Positions 35,353 through 47,804 of a stretch of DNA of 64,000 nt are shown here, one piece after another. Origin of the DNA: Rhynchopus sp. YZ270_cl-10. Lineage: Eukaryota. Made by a program: the position numbers and the translations under genes. The notes under the pieces are model-generated. The model saw nothing but the letters and a program-made list of their open reading frames with translations. It had not been told where the DNA came from and did no database searches. Positions within the stretch are counted from its first letter, which is position 1, and each line of letters starts with the position of its first letter. The DNA lies in NCBI GenBank assembly GCA_964035575.1, contig OZ037843.1:806001-870000 (forward strand). The letters are read 5' to 3'.

Positions 35353-36633
35353 ATGTCGAAGCGACGCTTAGATAGCACGCCACATGAGAACGCACCAAAA
35401 AGAAGAAAGTTTTCTGACAAGGACCTGCTGGAGGCTGTCAGGAACGGCGACACGACTGCCGTGCGGGCAGCACTCGAGAAGCTCTCCTCAGGTAGCAAAA
35501 CGGAAACGGTCGCCTTCGAAGCTGTGCACGAGGCATGCAGAGGGAACCAGAATGAATGCCTCGCGCTGCTTCTTCCGTATGTCAAGACAACGCAGATGGG
35601 CTTCGGGATGCTGCTGAGTGAGTGTGTCCACGCAGACCACACTGCGTGCACGGAGGTCCTCTTGCAGCATTGGAAGTCAGTCTGCAGCAACGTCGCGTTT
35701 GTCCCACACGACTCCAAGGACAGTGCAGGTCAGATGTCGCGCCTATGTCCAGCCATGTGGGAGGACCCTGTAGTGTGTCAGGTATTCATCGATGCAGGGG
35801 CAGACATTGAGACAAAGAACAACAAAGGACGCTCGCCTCTGCACATGGCTAGCCGTTCAGGAGAACTCACAACCGCGAAGATGTTGGTCGAAGCAGGCGC
35901 GGATGTACGTGCCACAGACGCCCAAGGACATACGTGTCTTATGCTTGCAGCGTGCTTTGGACGCACCAATACTGTGCGCTATCTTTCGGGCTTGCCGGTG
36001 GTGGACCTGGATCACGGAGACAGCGATTACTACACTGCGTTACACTCTGCTGTGGCAGAAAGATGTGCAGACGTGGTGCAGGTGCTCATTGATGCGGGGG
36101 CAGACATTGAGGCAAAGAATAATGAAGGACGCTCTCCTCTGCACATGGCTAGCATTTCAGGAGAACTCACATCTGTGACGAAGTTGGTCAAAGCAGGTGC
36201 GGATGTACGTACCACAGATGCCGAAAGAGACACGTGTCTTATCCTTGCAGCGTATTTTGGACACACCGAGACTGTGCGCTATCTTGCGGGCTTGCCGGAG
36301 GTGGACCTGGATCACGGAGACAGCGATAACTACACTGCGTTGCACATTGCTGTGCATGAAAAACATGCAGACGTGGTGCAGGTGCTCATTGATGCTGGGG
36401 CAGACATTGAGGCAAGAAATACTGATGGACGCTCGCCTCTGCACGAGGCTAGCCGTTCAGGAGAACTCGCATCTGTGATGAAGTTGGTCGAAGCAGGTGC
36501 GGATGTACGTACCACAGACGCCAAAAGAGACACGTGTCTTATCCTTGCGACCCATTTTGGACACACCAATACTGTGCGCTATCTTTCGGGCTTGCCGGAG
36601 CTGGACCTAGTAACGGTGACCTCGAAACGCTGA
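35353..36633 (+). CDS. Ankyrin-repeat protein, copy 2 (426 aa)
   Basis: Tandem paralog of 32013-33293 with the same length and repeat layout. Confidence 0.93.
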   Translation: MSKRRLDSTPHENAPKRRKFSDKDLLEAVRNGDTTAVRAALEKLSSGSKTETVAFEAVHEACRGNQNECLALLLPYVKTTQMGFGMLLSECVHADHTACTEVLLQHWKSVCSNVAFVPHDSKDSAGQMSRLCPAMWEDPVVCQVFIDAGADIETKNNKGRSPLHMASRSGELTTAKMLVEAGADVRATDAQGHTCLMLAACFGRTNTVRYLSGLPVVDLDHGDSDYYTALHSAVAERCADVVQVLIDAGADIEAKNNEGRSPLHMASISGELTSVTKLVKAGADVRTTDAERDTCLILAAYFGHTETVRYLAGLPEVDLDHGDSDNYTALHIAVHEKHADVVQVLIDAGADIEARNTDGRSPLHEASRSGELASVMKLVEAGADVRTTDAKRDTCLILATHFGHTNTVRYLSGLPELDLVTVTSKR

Positions 36634-37479
36634 CAGGCCGTGTGCTGGCCCTCTATGTGGTTGACCGTTTGTCACATTGTCAAAAAGAATTTCAAAAAAA
36701 AACGCCTTGACTGATACTTTCTGTATTAGCACACGATTGCCTCCCTGAAGGCTACGTAGCTACCTGAGTACAAAAAACGCAAAATGCCAAAGAACAAGAG
36801 TCTTTTTTTTTTGAGAAAAGTTCGATTTCGGCCTCGAAAATACCCGTGACACCGATTTGTCACGGTACTTTGTCACGGAATTTTTTTGAAAGATTCGATT
36901 TCGTGACAAAAAAAAATCGATTTCGTGACAAGCCGATTTTTTCATTGACACACAAAATTCAATTTAGTGACAAATGACTTTTTTCATTGACAAAAAAAAA
37001 TTCGATTTCGTGACAAATCCATTTTTTCATTGACAAAAAAATGTCATTGAAAAAAATGGAATTTGTCAAGGAAAAAGTCGTGACAGCCAACCCGCCAGTC
37101 ACTGAAAAGTGACCAGACAGCCACTTGACAAACACAAAGGAGGCCATTCTTGAGCTGTCTAGAAACCTAAGGGCAGAGACTGAAGACACAAGGTATGATA
37201 ACTTTATGATTATGCAAGACTTAGTATATCGCGAACACGGTCAGGCTTGCACGCCTCTGGCCAGAGGCCAGCCCCACTAAATGATATGCAGCAGACACTC
37301 ATTGCAGATTTCATTTTCATTCGGTAAAAAATTAATGGGTGCGCACGTTTCTATACCTAATACCCCAACCCTCACCCATACATTCCATTACACACACCAA
37401 AACAGATCGAATCCACCAGCGCATGCGACGGAAGCAGATTCAGATTGTGGTTTGATAAGCAGAGTTCGGTTATTATGGT

Positions 37480-40393
37480 GGTGGAAAGGGGGGTGGGAAC
37501 ACTTTGTCAGTCACTGCTATAGCCATTAACCAGGGAGCATAGCTAGTGCAAGAAATTCGACTTTGGAAACCTTCCGGAAAGTCTGTCCTCTGCTTCCGGA
37601 GGACTAGACACAAGAAAATATTGTTTGTTCCCCCAGAAAACCAGTGCACAATTCACACTCCTTGTGGGTGGTCTTGTTGCCTTTTCGTCATAGTAATTTT
37701 GGCCCAGGCATGCTCTTGAAGCATGACAATTTAGTGTGTATGGGGCAGGGTGTTGTTTTGTTCTGAATTCTCTTTGTTATAACATCTAAGTCAATCGCGG
37801 GTGGTGGTTTGTGTAGCGTGAGGCACTCTTTTTAACAAACTTCCTGCAGTTGCTATGCACTGTTATTTCTTCGGATTTATCATCATACAGCGTAACATAG
37901 TGGATTCGCCTGGTCGACACAACCTTTGATAGATATGGGATAACCAACCCCCTTCGACCCCTCGTGGGTTCACTGAACAAGCCCTAGTGGTAGTTAAACG
38001 CGATTGACATTTACATTCCTAGAGATGAAAGAACAAGATAACACTTCTGTACCCGCGCATCAAAATTGTGGAAAACTTTGCACCCCAAACACCCTCAACA
38101 ACGCCCGCCAAAAGGCGCCCCTTGTTGCTGGGAGTTGGTTCTCATGTTTGATACACTGCACAGCAGGCATTCCTCTGAGTCCAACGCATGTTTGGCCTGT
38201 CTGCGGCGTTGTACTTAAGGTGCACGAAGACAGGGTCTGGTGGTAAATTTTGCGTAGTACTGCGACGTGGTACTACGTGGGTCTGGGAACCTGGTACCTG
38301 GGTACAGGATATTTGTTGTCAAAGACATCTTCCACCATGCATTGAGGAGGGTAAGACAGTGTTCGCAGTTTCTACCTGATAGCATTACACATTTAACTTC
38401 TCCACGGGGGTCTTGGGCCGTTCACTCGGTTCTACCTTGACTACCGGAAGATATTCTTGAGGCCTTTTTGGTCTCTAGAATATCCGGTCTTCCCGAACGG
38501 AGGCACACTTTGTGTGTTACTACGACCTGGCAATTTCCAGCAGTAGGTTAAGTAATCTTTCTTGTAAATTGTTGGATCATTATCTCCTCAGTGCATGAAT
38601 GCCCCACGTGACTGGACACTTTTGTGTTTGTCATGTGGAGCTGTGGTTGCTCTTTCACGACTTTTATCCTTGTATCCAGTGTACCCAGTACCCAGTGCCC
38701 TGTCACGACTTTTTCCGTGACAAAAAGTTTGGTTTCCTTGACAAAATCCATTTCTGTCACGACTTTTTCCGTGACAAAAAGTTCGGTTTCCTTGACAAAA
38801 TCCATTTTTTCATTGACATTTTTTTGTCACTGAATTTTTGGATTTGTCACGAAATCGAATTTTTTTTTGTCAACACGGTGCAGTCTGTCCTGGAAATGTC
38901 GGACCCTTTTGTCGGAGTCCGAGGGGGTCCGACAGTCGGACCCCCTGAGTCCGACAGTCGGACTCAGGGGTCCGACTGTCGGACTCACAGTCGGACCCCT
39001 GAGTCCGACTGCCGGACCCTGGGGTCCGACAGGCACACCCAGGTGCCCAGGTGCCCAGGTACCCAGGTACCCAGGTACCCAGGTACCCAGGTACCCAGGT
39101 ACCCAGGTACCCAGGTACCCAGGTACCCAGGTACCCAGGTCCAGGTCCAGGAACAGGTACCCAGGAACAGGAAAAAAGTCGTGAAAGAGCAACCACAGCT
39201 CCACATGACAAACACAAAAGTGTCCAGTCACGTGGGGCATTCATGCACTGAGGAGATAATGATCCAACAATTTACAAGAAAGATTACTTAACCTACTGCT
39301 GGAAATTGCCAGGTCGTAGTAACACACAAAGTGTGCCTCCGTTCGGGAAGACCGGATATTCTAGAGACCAGAAAGGCCTCAAGAATATCTTCCGGTAGTC
39401 AAGGTAGAACCGAGTGAACGGCCCAAGACCCCCGTGGAGAAGTTAAATGTTGTAATGCTATCAGGTAGAAACTGCGAACACTGTCTTACCCTCCTCAATG
39501 CATGGTGGTTGATGTCTTCCACAACAAATTTCCTGTACCCAGGTACCCAAATTCCCAGACCCACGCAGTGGCACATGACCGCCAAGTGTGAGTGACCCAC
39601 ACATGAGGGAATGCGACACTACGCAAAATTTACCACCAGACCCTGTCTTCGTGCACCTGAAGTACAACGCCGCAGACAGGCCAAACATGCGTTGGACTCA
39701 GAGGAATGCCCGCTGTGCAGGTATCAAACATGAGAACCAACTCCCAGCAACAAGGGGCGCCTTTTGGCGGGCGTTGTTGAGGGTGTTTGGGGTGCAAAGT
39801 TTTCCACAATTTTGATGCGCGGGTACAGAAGTGTTGTCTTGTTCTTTCATCTCTAGGAATGTAAATGTCAATCGCGTTTAACTACCACGAGGGCTTGTTT
39901 AGTGAACCCACGAGGGGTCGAAGGGGGTTGGTTATCCCATATCTATCAAAGGTTGTGTCGACCAGGCGAATCCACTATGTTACGCTGTACGTTGTTAAAT
40001 CCGAAGAAATAACGCTTTAGCAGCCGCAGGAAGTTTGTTAAAAAGAGTGCCTCACGCTACACAAACCACCACCCGCGATTGACTTAGATGTTATAACAAA
40101 GAGAATTCAGAACAAAACAACACCCTGCCCCATACACACTAAATTGTCATGCTTCAAGAGCATGCCTGGGCCAAAATTACTGTGACAAAAAGGCAACAAG
40201 ACCACCCACAAGGAGTGTGAAATGTGCACTGGTTTTCTGGGGGAACGCAATATTTTCTTGTGCCTCGTCCTCCGCAAGCAGAGGACAGACTTTCCGGAAG
40301 GTTTCCAAAGTCGAATTTCTTGCACTAGCTATGCTCCCTGGGTTAAATGGCAATAGCAGTGACTGACAAAGTGTACCCATCCCCCTTCCACCC
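37480..40393. repeat. ~1.2 kb inverted repeat pair (37480-38664 / 39172-40393)
   Basis: Reverse-complement match along the arms (e.g. 37535-37595 vs 40278-40340); a third, diverged copy lies at ~25680-26425. Confidence 0.85.
39040..39170 (+). repeat. (GGTACCCA)n 8-mer minisatellite
   Basis: Direct tandem repeat. Confidence 0.95.
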
Positions 40394-41110
40394 CAGATCT
40401 TAGTCCGCAAACTCAGAATGGATTGATGCGGGTGATACTCTTTGGATTTTGAGTTGCTGAATGTCGGAGACGCGGCGAGGCTTCTCATCACAATCGCAGA
40501 TGCAGTTCAGATTTCACGATCCTGTGATGAGTGTAAATGTGGAGTGTGATTAATGAATGAAATGTATGGTGTAGAAACGCAGTTATCGGGAAAGGTGAGG
40601 TTAATGTGGTAAAAAAAGGGGATAAAACTCGTGTAATTTTGTGAATTCCCACAAAGGTGGGTGATAATGTGCCCTTTGTCACTCAATTGTAACCGAGAAT
40701 GTATGGGAGAATGAAATATTATTTCCCAACCCAACAACAACGATAAAGCGTGAAGACAATAAATGAAATCAAAGCGGAATAAATTTGAGGTTTTGTGAGG
40801 CACTCAACGAGTGTGCCGGCTCTGTGGCGTCACGGAGCCACCAACACTCCCCAGTCATTTTTCCTGCGCTTCCAGGAAAACTCGCGTTTGCGACCAGGCC
40901 GAAACGAAAAAATTTAATTCACAGCAAACAGGTGTGAGGGAGAAGAAAAGAAAGTGAACAAAAACGAAAAAACAATGTTTTTCTGAAATGTGATGTTGTT
41001 GGGGTGGGGAGAATAAAACAGTTCCAGAAAAGCTCCTGCGTCGGTTTTCTTTTGGTTAAAAAAATCACTCAGTAAAAAAAAGAACTTTTTCATCACTCCC
41101 CTCAAACACT

Positions 41111-41290
41111 GCCAAAACGAAGAAGGACAGGATGTATGACACTTACGGATACCAAGTCTCAGCGGGTATGAGAAGCAAGGAGGTGTACAAGAAGAAATGG
41201 GACGAGTTCTTGCGGTTTTCAAACCTCGAGCGACTTGGTCCGCTTTGTATTGACACGGACCTCGACACCCCGACATGTACTGGCTTTTGA
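41111..41290 (+). pseudogene. Tyrosine recombinase 5' remnant
   Basis: AKTKKDRMYDTYGYQVSAGMRSKEVYKKKWDEFLRFSNL aligns by eye with PRTKKKEAMEDLYETELLAGLKSSTAYKTEWNKFLQHNKI. Confidence 0.7.
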
Positions 41291-41854
41291 GAAAGGCAGT
41301 CGGTTCCTCGGTAGATTGCGTGCAAGTGAGGGAATATCCATCTGCTTGGAAGACGTCAAAACACCAAACATAGTATTTCGCGACATAAAGGGCAGATCAA
41401 ATACTCACTGCCTTACATTCTCGGTTACAATTGAGTGACACAAAGGGCATATAATCTGCAAAATTACACGAGTTTTATTTCACTGAGTTAGATAATTATT
41501 ATCTCATGAAATAAAGTGAACATTATTTCACGAGGTGGTGGGTGACTCAAACTGGGGCTCAACTTCACGAAGCGAGTGGAGTTCAGCATTTTGATTTCAT
41601 GAGTGAAGTGAGTGTAATCATAAAAGTGATGTCACGAGCGATAGCGAGTGGGTATCACGTATTCCAGTTTGTGAATCACCCATCAGTTAAATAATGTTCA
41701 CTTTAGTTTTCGATACGTAATTTTATACCACGCGTGAAAAACGTAAACAGGTGAAAAAGTGAGTGAAATAAGATTCGTTTTATTTCACGTTTTATTTCAC
41801 GCAAATCGTGAAGGATTGGGTGGGGGAGTGAAATAAAAGATCACGGAGTGATCT

Positions 41855-42019
41855 GAAGGACACGACGTGTTCTTCCCTGGGCTCGTTCGCTCCTGAAAGT
41901 CTGTTGAAACGGAGGAAATCGTCCCATGTTTTCCTGTACTGCACACCACTGTTCATGTCGTCGAACAAGTTGTCATATGCATCCTCCATCTCCGCAAACT
42001 TGCGCGTGGGTTTAGGCAT
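41855..42019 (-). pseudogene. Tyrosine recombinase 5' remnant
   Basis: MPKPTRKFAEMEDAYDNLFDDMNSGVQYRKTWDDFLRFNRLSGANEPREEHVVSF shares PREEHVVS and Y...W..FL with the intact gene. Confidence 0.85.
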
Positions 42020-43016
42020 GTGTGTAAGAGGCAATAAATAATCTGTAATTTGAAGTGTGGTGGTGTGAGGGGTGGAGCGTGGGCTCAACGTTCCACTGTT
42101 TACACCTATAAATACGTTTTTCACTTGTGGAATAAAATTACATATTGAGTGAAATAAGAACATTTTCTTGCACTTGCCACTAAAAAGGCACCCTCGTGAC
42201 TCTCACTCTTATTCCCCTCGCTTCGCTCGGGAAATAACGCACTCGGGCACCTTTTTAGTGGCGCGTGAAATAAAATAGTTCTTATTTCACTCGAATAAAT
42301 AGTTATTATCTCACGGGCAATAATGTTGTGCTGCGTTTTCGAAATTCCTACAGTATATTTGACAAATGATGTATGACCACCTAGTACGGGGCGTCAAGGT
42401 TGGGTATGGTGAACAGTTCCTCGAAGTCCTATGACTGCAACCCTTTTGGTTGCATGCGCAGATCTCCTCCACATTGCTTTTGCGCCTACTCTCGGCATGG
42501 GTTTTGTTTTGTTCTTTGTGTGCGGAGATAATGTCTACTGTATTTTGTGTAATCTCCAGGAAGGAATTTCGAAAACGCGGCTAAACATTATTACACAAGT
42601 GAGATAAAAAATTGTTGGCTCTCTCTCTGTTGTTTTGGCTTTTGTTTTTTTGTCTATTTGTGACGAGGCCTGGAACACCTGAACATAGGCATATCTGGAA
42701 AATCTATCTGAGGTGTGGCAAATTAAATATATTCAAGCGTGTGGTTGAGGCACACCTAAACATAAGTAAGTGCCAAGTCTGAACATTTATTTTCAGAGGC
42801 CTTAGTGAGGCTGTTTCGGCCTCGTTGCATTGTATCATGATGTAATAAGGTTCACATACTTTCGATTCAAAGAAGAGAAAGCACACAAGAAAATAAAATG
42901 CTGCAAACCACTGGGTGTGTTGTTTGCATCTACACAAGTAACTGAAAGTTAAACATTTACATACCTTGTCTTCCCCGTAGCCTCCGCCTTCGCTGCTGTC
43001 AAGCTGCCTTCTCTTG

Positions 43017-43229
43017 GTACCCAGTACCCAGTACCCAGTACCCAGTACCCAGTACCCAGTACCCAGTACCCAGTACCCAGTACCCAGTACCCAGTACCCA
43101 GTACCCAGTACCCAGTACCCAGTACCCAGTACCCAGTACCCAGTACCCAGTACCCAGTACCCAGTACCCAGTACCCAGTACCCAGTACCCAGTACCCAGT
43201 ACCCAGTACCCAAATTGGTCGCCCCCTGG
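43017..43229 (+). repeat. (GTACCCA)n 7-mer minisatellite ending in a hAT-like terminus; reverse-complement array at 44705-44840
   Basis: About 28 copies, then ATTGGTCGCCCCCTG; the second array is preceded by TAGGGGACTGG at ~44684. Confidence 0.85.
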
Positions 43230-43952
43230 TTGGTCGAGAACCTAAAAATGCAAAAAAACGCAAAATTCATGTGTTTTGACCATGTCTGGGTACACCAAAT
43301 ACACACCTCTGAACAAGCCTATACCCAGTAGTAGGCAACAAGCGCTATTTTTTGACCAAGAAAAAAAAAATCCCCCAAAAATTGGGTGTAGTAGGTCATA
43401 AAATGGCCCAAAAAATTCAAAGAAAACCTCAGATTGACCAAACAATGAAAAAAATTTTCAAGTCAAATTTTCAGCCAAAATACGGCTATTTTGGTAAAAC
43501 CATGTGTACTGTAGTGGCTATACAAGGCGATTTTCGGCCAAAAAAATTTTTTTGGCCAAAAAAAAAAATTTTTTTTTCGGCCCAAAAAAAAAAAAATTTT
43601 TTTTTTTGGGTCCGACTGTCGGACCCCAGAGTCCGACAGTCGGACTCCAGAGTCCGTCTGTCGGACTCCAGAGTCCGACAGACGGACCCCTGAGTCCGTC
43701 TGTCGGACTCAGGGGGTCCGACTGTCGGACTCAGGGGGTAAGTCCGTTATTTACACACTCCAAGCACGACAGACCGCACCGTGAATGAAAAAATCGGTTT
43801 GTCACGAAATCGAATTTTGTGTGTCAATGAAAAAATTGGTTTGTCACGAAATCGATTTTTTTTTGTCACGAAATCGAATCTTTCAAAAAAATTCCGTGAC
43901 AAAATTCCGTGACAAATCGGTGTCACGGTAATTTTCGAGGCCGAAATCGAAC

Positions 43953-43989
<37 letters not shown>

Positions 43990-46618
43990 CACTGTAACCT
44001 ACCATCATGGAAAACAAAAGATCTTAGTAATTGGTGTGGCTGTATAGGGCTAGGGTGTATACCCTAGAAGGACCCAAGAAGTACCCAATTTACACCTAAT
44101 TTTAAGGGGGGTGCAAAAATTATTTTGTGTATTTTTTTTTGGTGGTTTTTTGTGGCCAGAAATTTTCCCCCAGAAATTTTTACCTCAAAAAATCAAAAAA
44201 TCAAAAAAAATATTTCAGTGCTCCGGAGCCTGTGCGTGCTGTGATGGGGTCACTTTGCGCTCCGAACTGAGTATTTTTGACCTAAAATGCATGTATCAGT
44301 TTTTACAGGCCATTTTCAGGTTTTGTGTGTAATATATGGTCAGTACTTGACCACTGAGGGTAAAGTGCAAAGTAAACGTGGGGGCCGTTTGCATAGCTGT
44401 GAACTTTGCTGCGCGTTGTGACCCCCCACAATTTGACGGTCGGAGCTCGTAGAACCCAACGAGGAGTGAGAAAAAGATACGTCGAAAGAATAAAAGTAGC
44501 GTACCGTGCGCCTGCGGCGCAAGCTTTGCAACCCACCCCCACCCATGACATAGTTTGGCTGCAGCAACCTGAACACCTGGTAGTGGTCGCGCAGGCCACT
44601 GTCGTCTCGGACCCCCCCATATTCGACCATCATCCCAAAAACCCAAAAGTTAGCGTCAGGCCTGGTCATGACAGTAAAATGCACTAGGGGACTGGTGGGC
44701 ACTAGGTACTGGGTACTGGGTACTGGGTACTGGGTACTGGGTACTGGGTACTGGGTACTGGGTACTGGGTACTGGGTACTGGGTACTGGGTACTGGGTAC
44801 TGGGTACTGGGTACTGGGTACTGGGTACTGGGTTACTGGGTGCCAACCCCGGATTTTGAGAAAATTTCCACCACCGAACACGTGGGGCTCTCGGATGTAC
44901 CAACTTTTTGCGAAAACAAGGCTACTAACCACAGGGAAAGCTCGGGGTAAAGATCACGTTTTCCTTAAGGAAGTGCCCTAAGGAAAATCACTATACCCTA
45001 GAAGGACCCAAGAAGTACCCAATTTACACCTAATTTTTAGGAAAATCACACCAAGTAAGGGGAAATTTTTTTTTGAGCGGGGTTTTGATATCTTCTTAGT
45101 TTTTTTTTTCCACTAAGATCTTAGTGGAAAAAAACACCAAAAAACTAAGACCTTAGTTATTTTTCTAAGATCTTAGTTTTTTTTTCTCAGATCGTAGCCA
45201 CTTTATTTTTAAGATCTTAGTTTTGCTTTTAAGATCTTAGTTTTTTTTGGTGGAAACTAAGATCTTAACAAAAAAAAACTAAGATATTCAACACAAAACA
45301 CTAAGATCTTACTTAATTTTAAGAAAACACTAAGATCTTAAAAAAACGGTGTTTTTCGCTCATATCTTAATTAAGATCTTTTGTAATCCATGTACCATGG
45401 TAGGCGTGACGCTGACTACACGGTAAGTCTTTCAAAAAAAAAGCAAAAACAAAAAAAAAGTCCGGGCAGCAGTCTTCAGACAGGTGCGTAGCGACACCTC
45501 CCTTGCGAGCTCACAGAAGCTAAGTCGTTCATAATTTTTGTGTTGACAGGTCTAGGTTTTAGTTTTTGAAAAGACAAGTAGAGCGCAAAGACTGTTTGAT
45601 AATAGCAACAGTGGTTAAAACTCTTTACATCTCGGAGGGTCTTGCACTGACGATGTCCCCCTCTGATACTACCAATGTATGCAGTTAGGACTGAAACATG
45701 ATGTACTGAATTTCTAACCAACTACTTTATTTTCTCACGTGACCCCTTTAACCCACCCTATCCCCCAAACTTTGATGATGCAACTTTTGTGTATATTACA
45801 GCACTAGAATGCATAAACAATAAATAAAAGCGACTTTCCAGAGTTGAGGACGACCTCCGTCTATATCTTTTAAGTACAATAGCCTTCGGGCGACATTGAG
45901 TACAGATCCTGCACTAGCAGGTGATTGTCGACACAACAAAAAAAAAAAAAAAAAAACCCACCCGAGTCTTCTTGAAACACTCTCTTCCATTTGACTCTTC
46001 TGACAGTACAGCCCATTCGCGCTGCTGCTGCCCTTCTTATGCCTTGACACAAAAAAAAAGTCCTTCCCTCTTCTTCCCCTCCTTCTTGCTTACCCCATAT
46101 TTTTGTGTAATACTTTCCTCAGAATAGGTGCATGCGGTGTGGTGACTTACATCCACACATCATCCTAGTCTGGTATAGGGTGTGTGGATAGTTGTATTGT
46201 TGCCCCCCTCCTTTTATTTCAAAGATGTAAACCACGAAAATGGATGTAGGACTGCATGGTTGGGTGTCCACCCCCGGTACAGCCGGTCATTTGTACCAAA
46301 AGGTACACTGTTGACGAGAGGGCTTTTGTATTTCAACTCTACTTTTTCATACTATGGGTTGCAACATTATCAATGACGGTATATCGCCCATAGCATGATT
46401 ATTTGACGACTCAGTGTGAATAGTGGTGTGGGGTTGCCTCGGGTCGGTGTCTTTTGCGACAGCAAAATCTCCCACTTTTCACTATTTGACTATAATATAT
46501 TTTCCCCCCTGGAGGGTGTTCAAATTTCCCGTTTTTCCCTTTTCTCCCGTTTTTCCCTTTGTCTTTGCCATTTTTTTTTCCAAAAAAAAAAAATTTTTTT
46601 TTTTTTTGACAAGGCAAT

Positions 46619-47791
46619 CAGGGGTGTCGCTAATTCGGGTCCAGGGTCCCGACTTTTTCAAAACCAAAAAAAAAATTTGCACCCCTAGTAAAATCTGTGT
46701 AGGAAAAAAAAAATTTGCACCTAATACAGGGTGGGTTTAATGTGTTAACAACTTGTTCTTTTTTTAAGTGAGAGGCCACCGTGAACTCGGTTGTGTCAGA
46801 ACGTTCCAAAAACGAGGTTTTTGGGGGTCAGGGAAAATCACCAGGTGCCGCCCTCACCCCGCGAAGATTTATTTTTTGGGTGGGATTTCCTTACCCTGCC
46901 TTGCCCTTTTTTTTTGCAAACCAGGGTTTCCTTAGTAAAGGTACCATAGCGTGTTTTTGCGCACACATGTGACACCACCGTGGAGAGCAATCGGCTCGCG
47001 CAATCAAAAGAACGCAGAGAAAAAGGAAAAGACAAAAAGACAAAAGCTGGGTACCGTGCGCCTGCGGCGCTACCGTTCTCAGTCAAGAACACCACAATTT
47101 CATCTGAAGCTGTGTTTTCAGACTTGAACATGACCCTTGTTTACGAGAATCGGCAGTCTCGAAAAGTGCACAGGAATAAAAAAATGGTCAAAACTTAAAT
47201 ACCGAAAACTCGTCCATTTTTCCAAAATGACCCCATCACTTTCTGCAATTGCACCGCATCGGACGATGCAATCAACAAAAACGCCTCCCCCTTTTTCGTG
47301 ATCTGGGAACATGCTTGCAAGGGTTTCCTTGCTAAAACCAGAGAATCTCATACTTCATAGTAAGGGTACTTTAGCGTATTTTAGCGCACACATGTGACCC
47401 CACCGTGGAGAGCAATCGGCTCGCACAATCAAAAGAACGCAGAGAAAAGGGAAAAAGAAAAAGACAAAAGTTGGGTACCGTGCGCCTGCGGCGCTACCTA
47501 CTGTTCTCAGTAATGTCAAAAACACCACAATTTCATCTGAATTTGGGTTTTCAGACCTGAAAATGACCCATGTTTAAGAGTATGGGTTCATATTTTGTGA
47601 AAATTTAAGTCACTAAAAGTTTGTCCATTTTTCCGTATATCCCCACCACAGCGTGGGATTGGCTCGGAAATGCCATAAAACACTGTTTTTTCGCCCCCTG
47701 GTAATGGAAAAAAAATCCCCACGTAAAAAAAAAAATTTGCACCCCGATTTCAGATTTTTCAAAAATTTCCCCAAAATTAGCGACACCCCTG
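46619..47791. mobile_element. Non-autonomous hAT-like element with 9 bp TSD
   Basis: CAGGGGTGTCGCTAATT ... AATTAGCGACACCCCTG; TSD CAAGGCAAT at 46610-46618 and 47792-47800; two internal direct repeats about 425 bp apart. Confidence 0.88.
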
Positions 47792-47804
47792 CAAGGCAAT
47801 TTTC

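Larger units (their letters stand above)
40620..42610. mobile_element. Array of three internally deleted tyrosine-recombinase mini-elements separated by hairpins
   Basis: IR pairs 40622-40703/41414-41478, 41721-41761/42094-42137 and 42304-42349/42562-42610; hairpins ~41503-41713 and 42143-42296. Each IR pair encloses a remnant resembling the N-terminus of the 5022-6038 recombinase. Confidence 0.75.
38874..43783. mobile_element. CACTA/CMC-like non-autonomous element with 2 bp TSD
   Basis: CACGGTGCAGTCTGTC ... GACAGACCGCACCGTG; TSD AA restores the host repeat word TGTCAATGAAAA; GTCCGAC subterminal repeats at 38900-39030 and 43610-43740. Confidence 0.8.
36813..43959. mobile_element. MULE-like element with long TIRs, swollen by nested insertions
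   Basis: GAGAAAAGTTCGATTTCGGCCTCGAAAAT ... ATTTTCGAGGCCGAAATCGAACTTTTCTC; CGTGACA subterminal repeats; poly-T on both flanks (compatible with a 9-10 bp TSD). Confidence 0.75.

Noticed and set aside
43017..44840. Telomeric repeats, or the two TIR arms of one element
   Set aside because: GTACCCA is not the TTAGGG-type repeat, and the hAT-like termini lie at the inner ends of the arrays, so these are ends of two separate elements.
38599..44932. ORFs with PGTQVPRY / VLGTGYW repeats as proteins
   Set aside because: They are translations of 7- and 8-mer minisatellites.
43998..45404. Element with CCTACCAT termini and AAGATCTTA repeats
   Set aside because: Ends match only partly and no TSD is visible, so boundaries cannot be supported.
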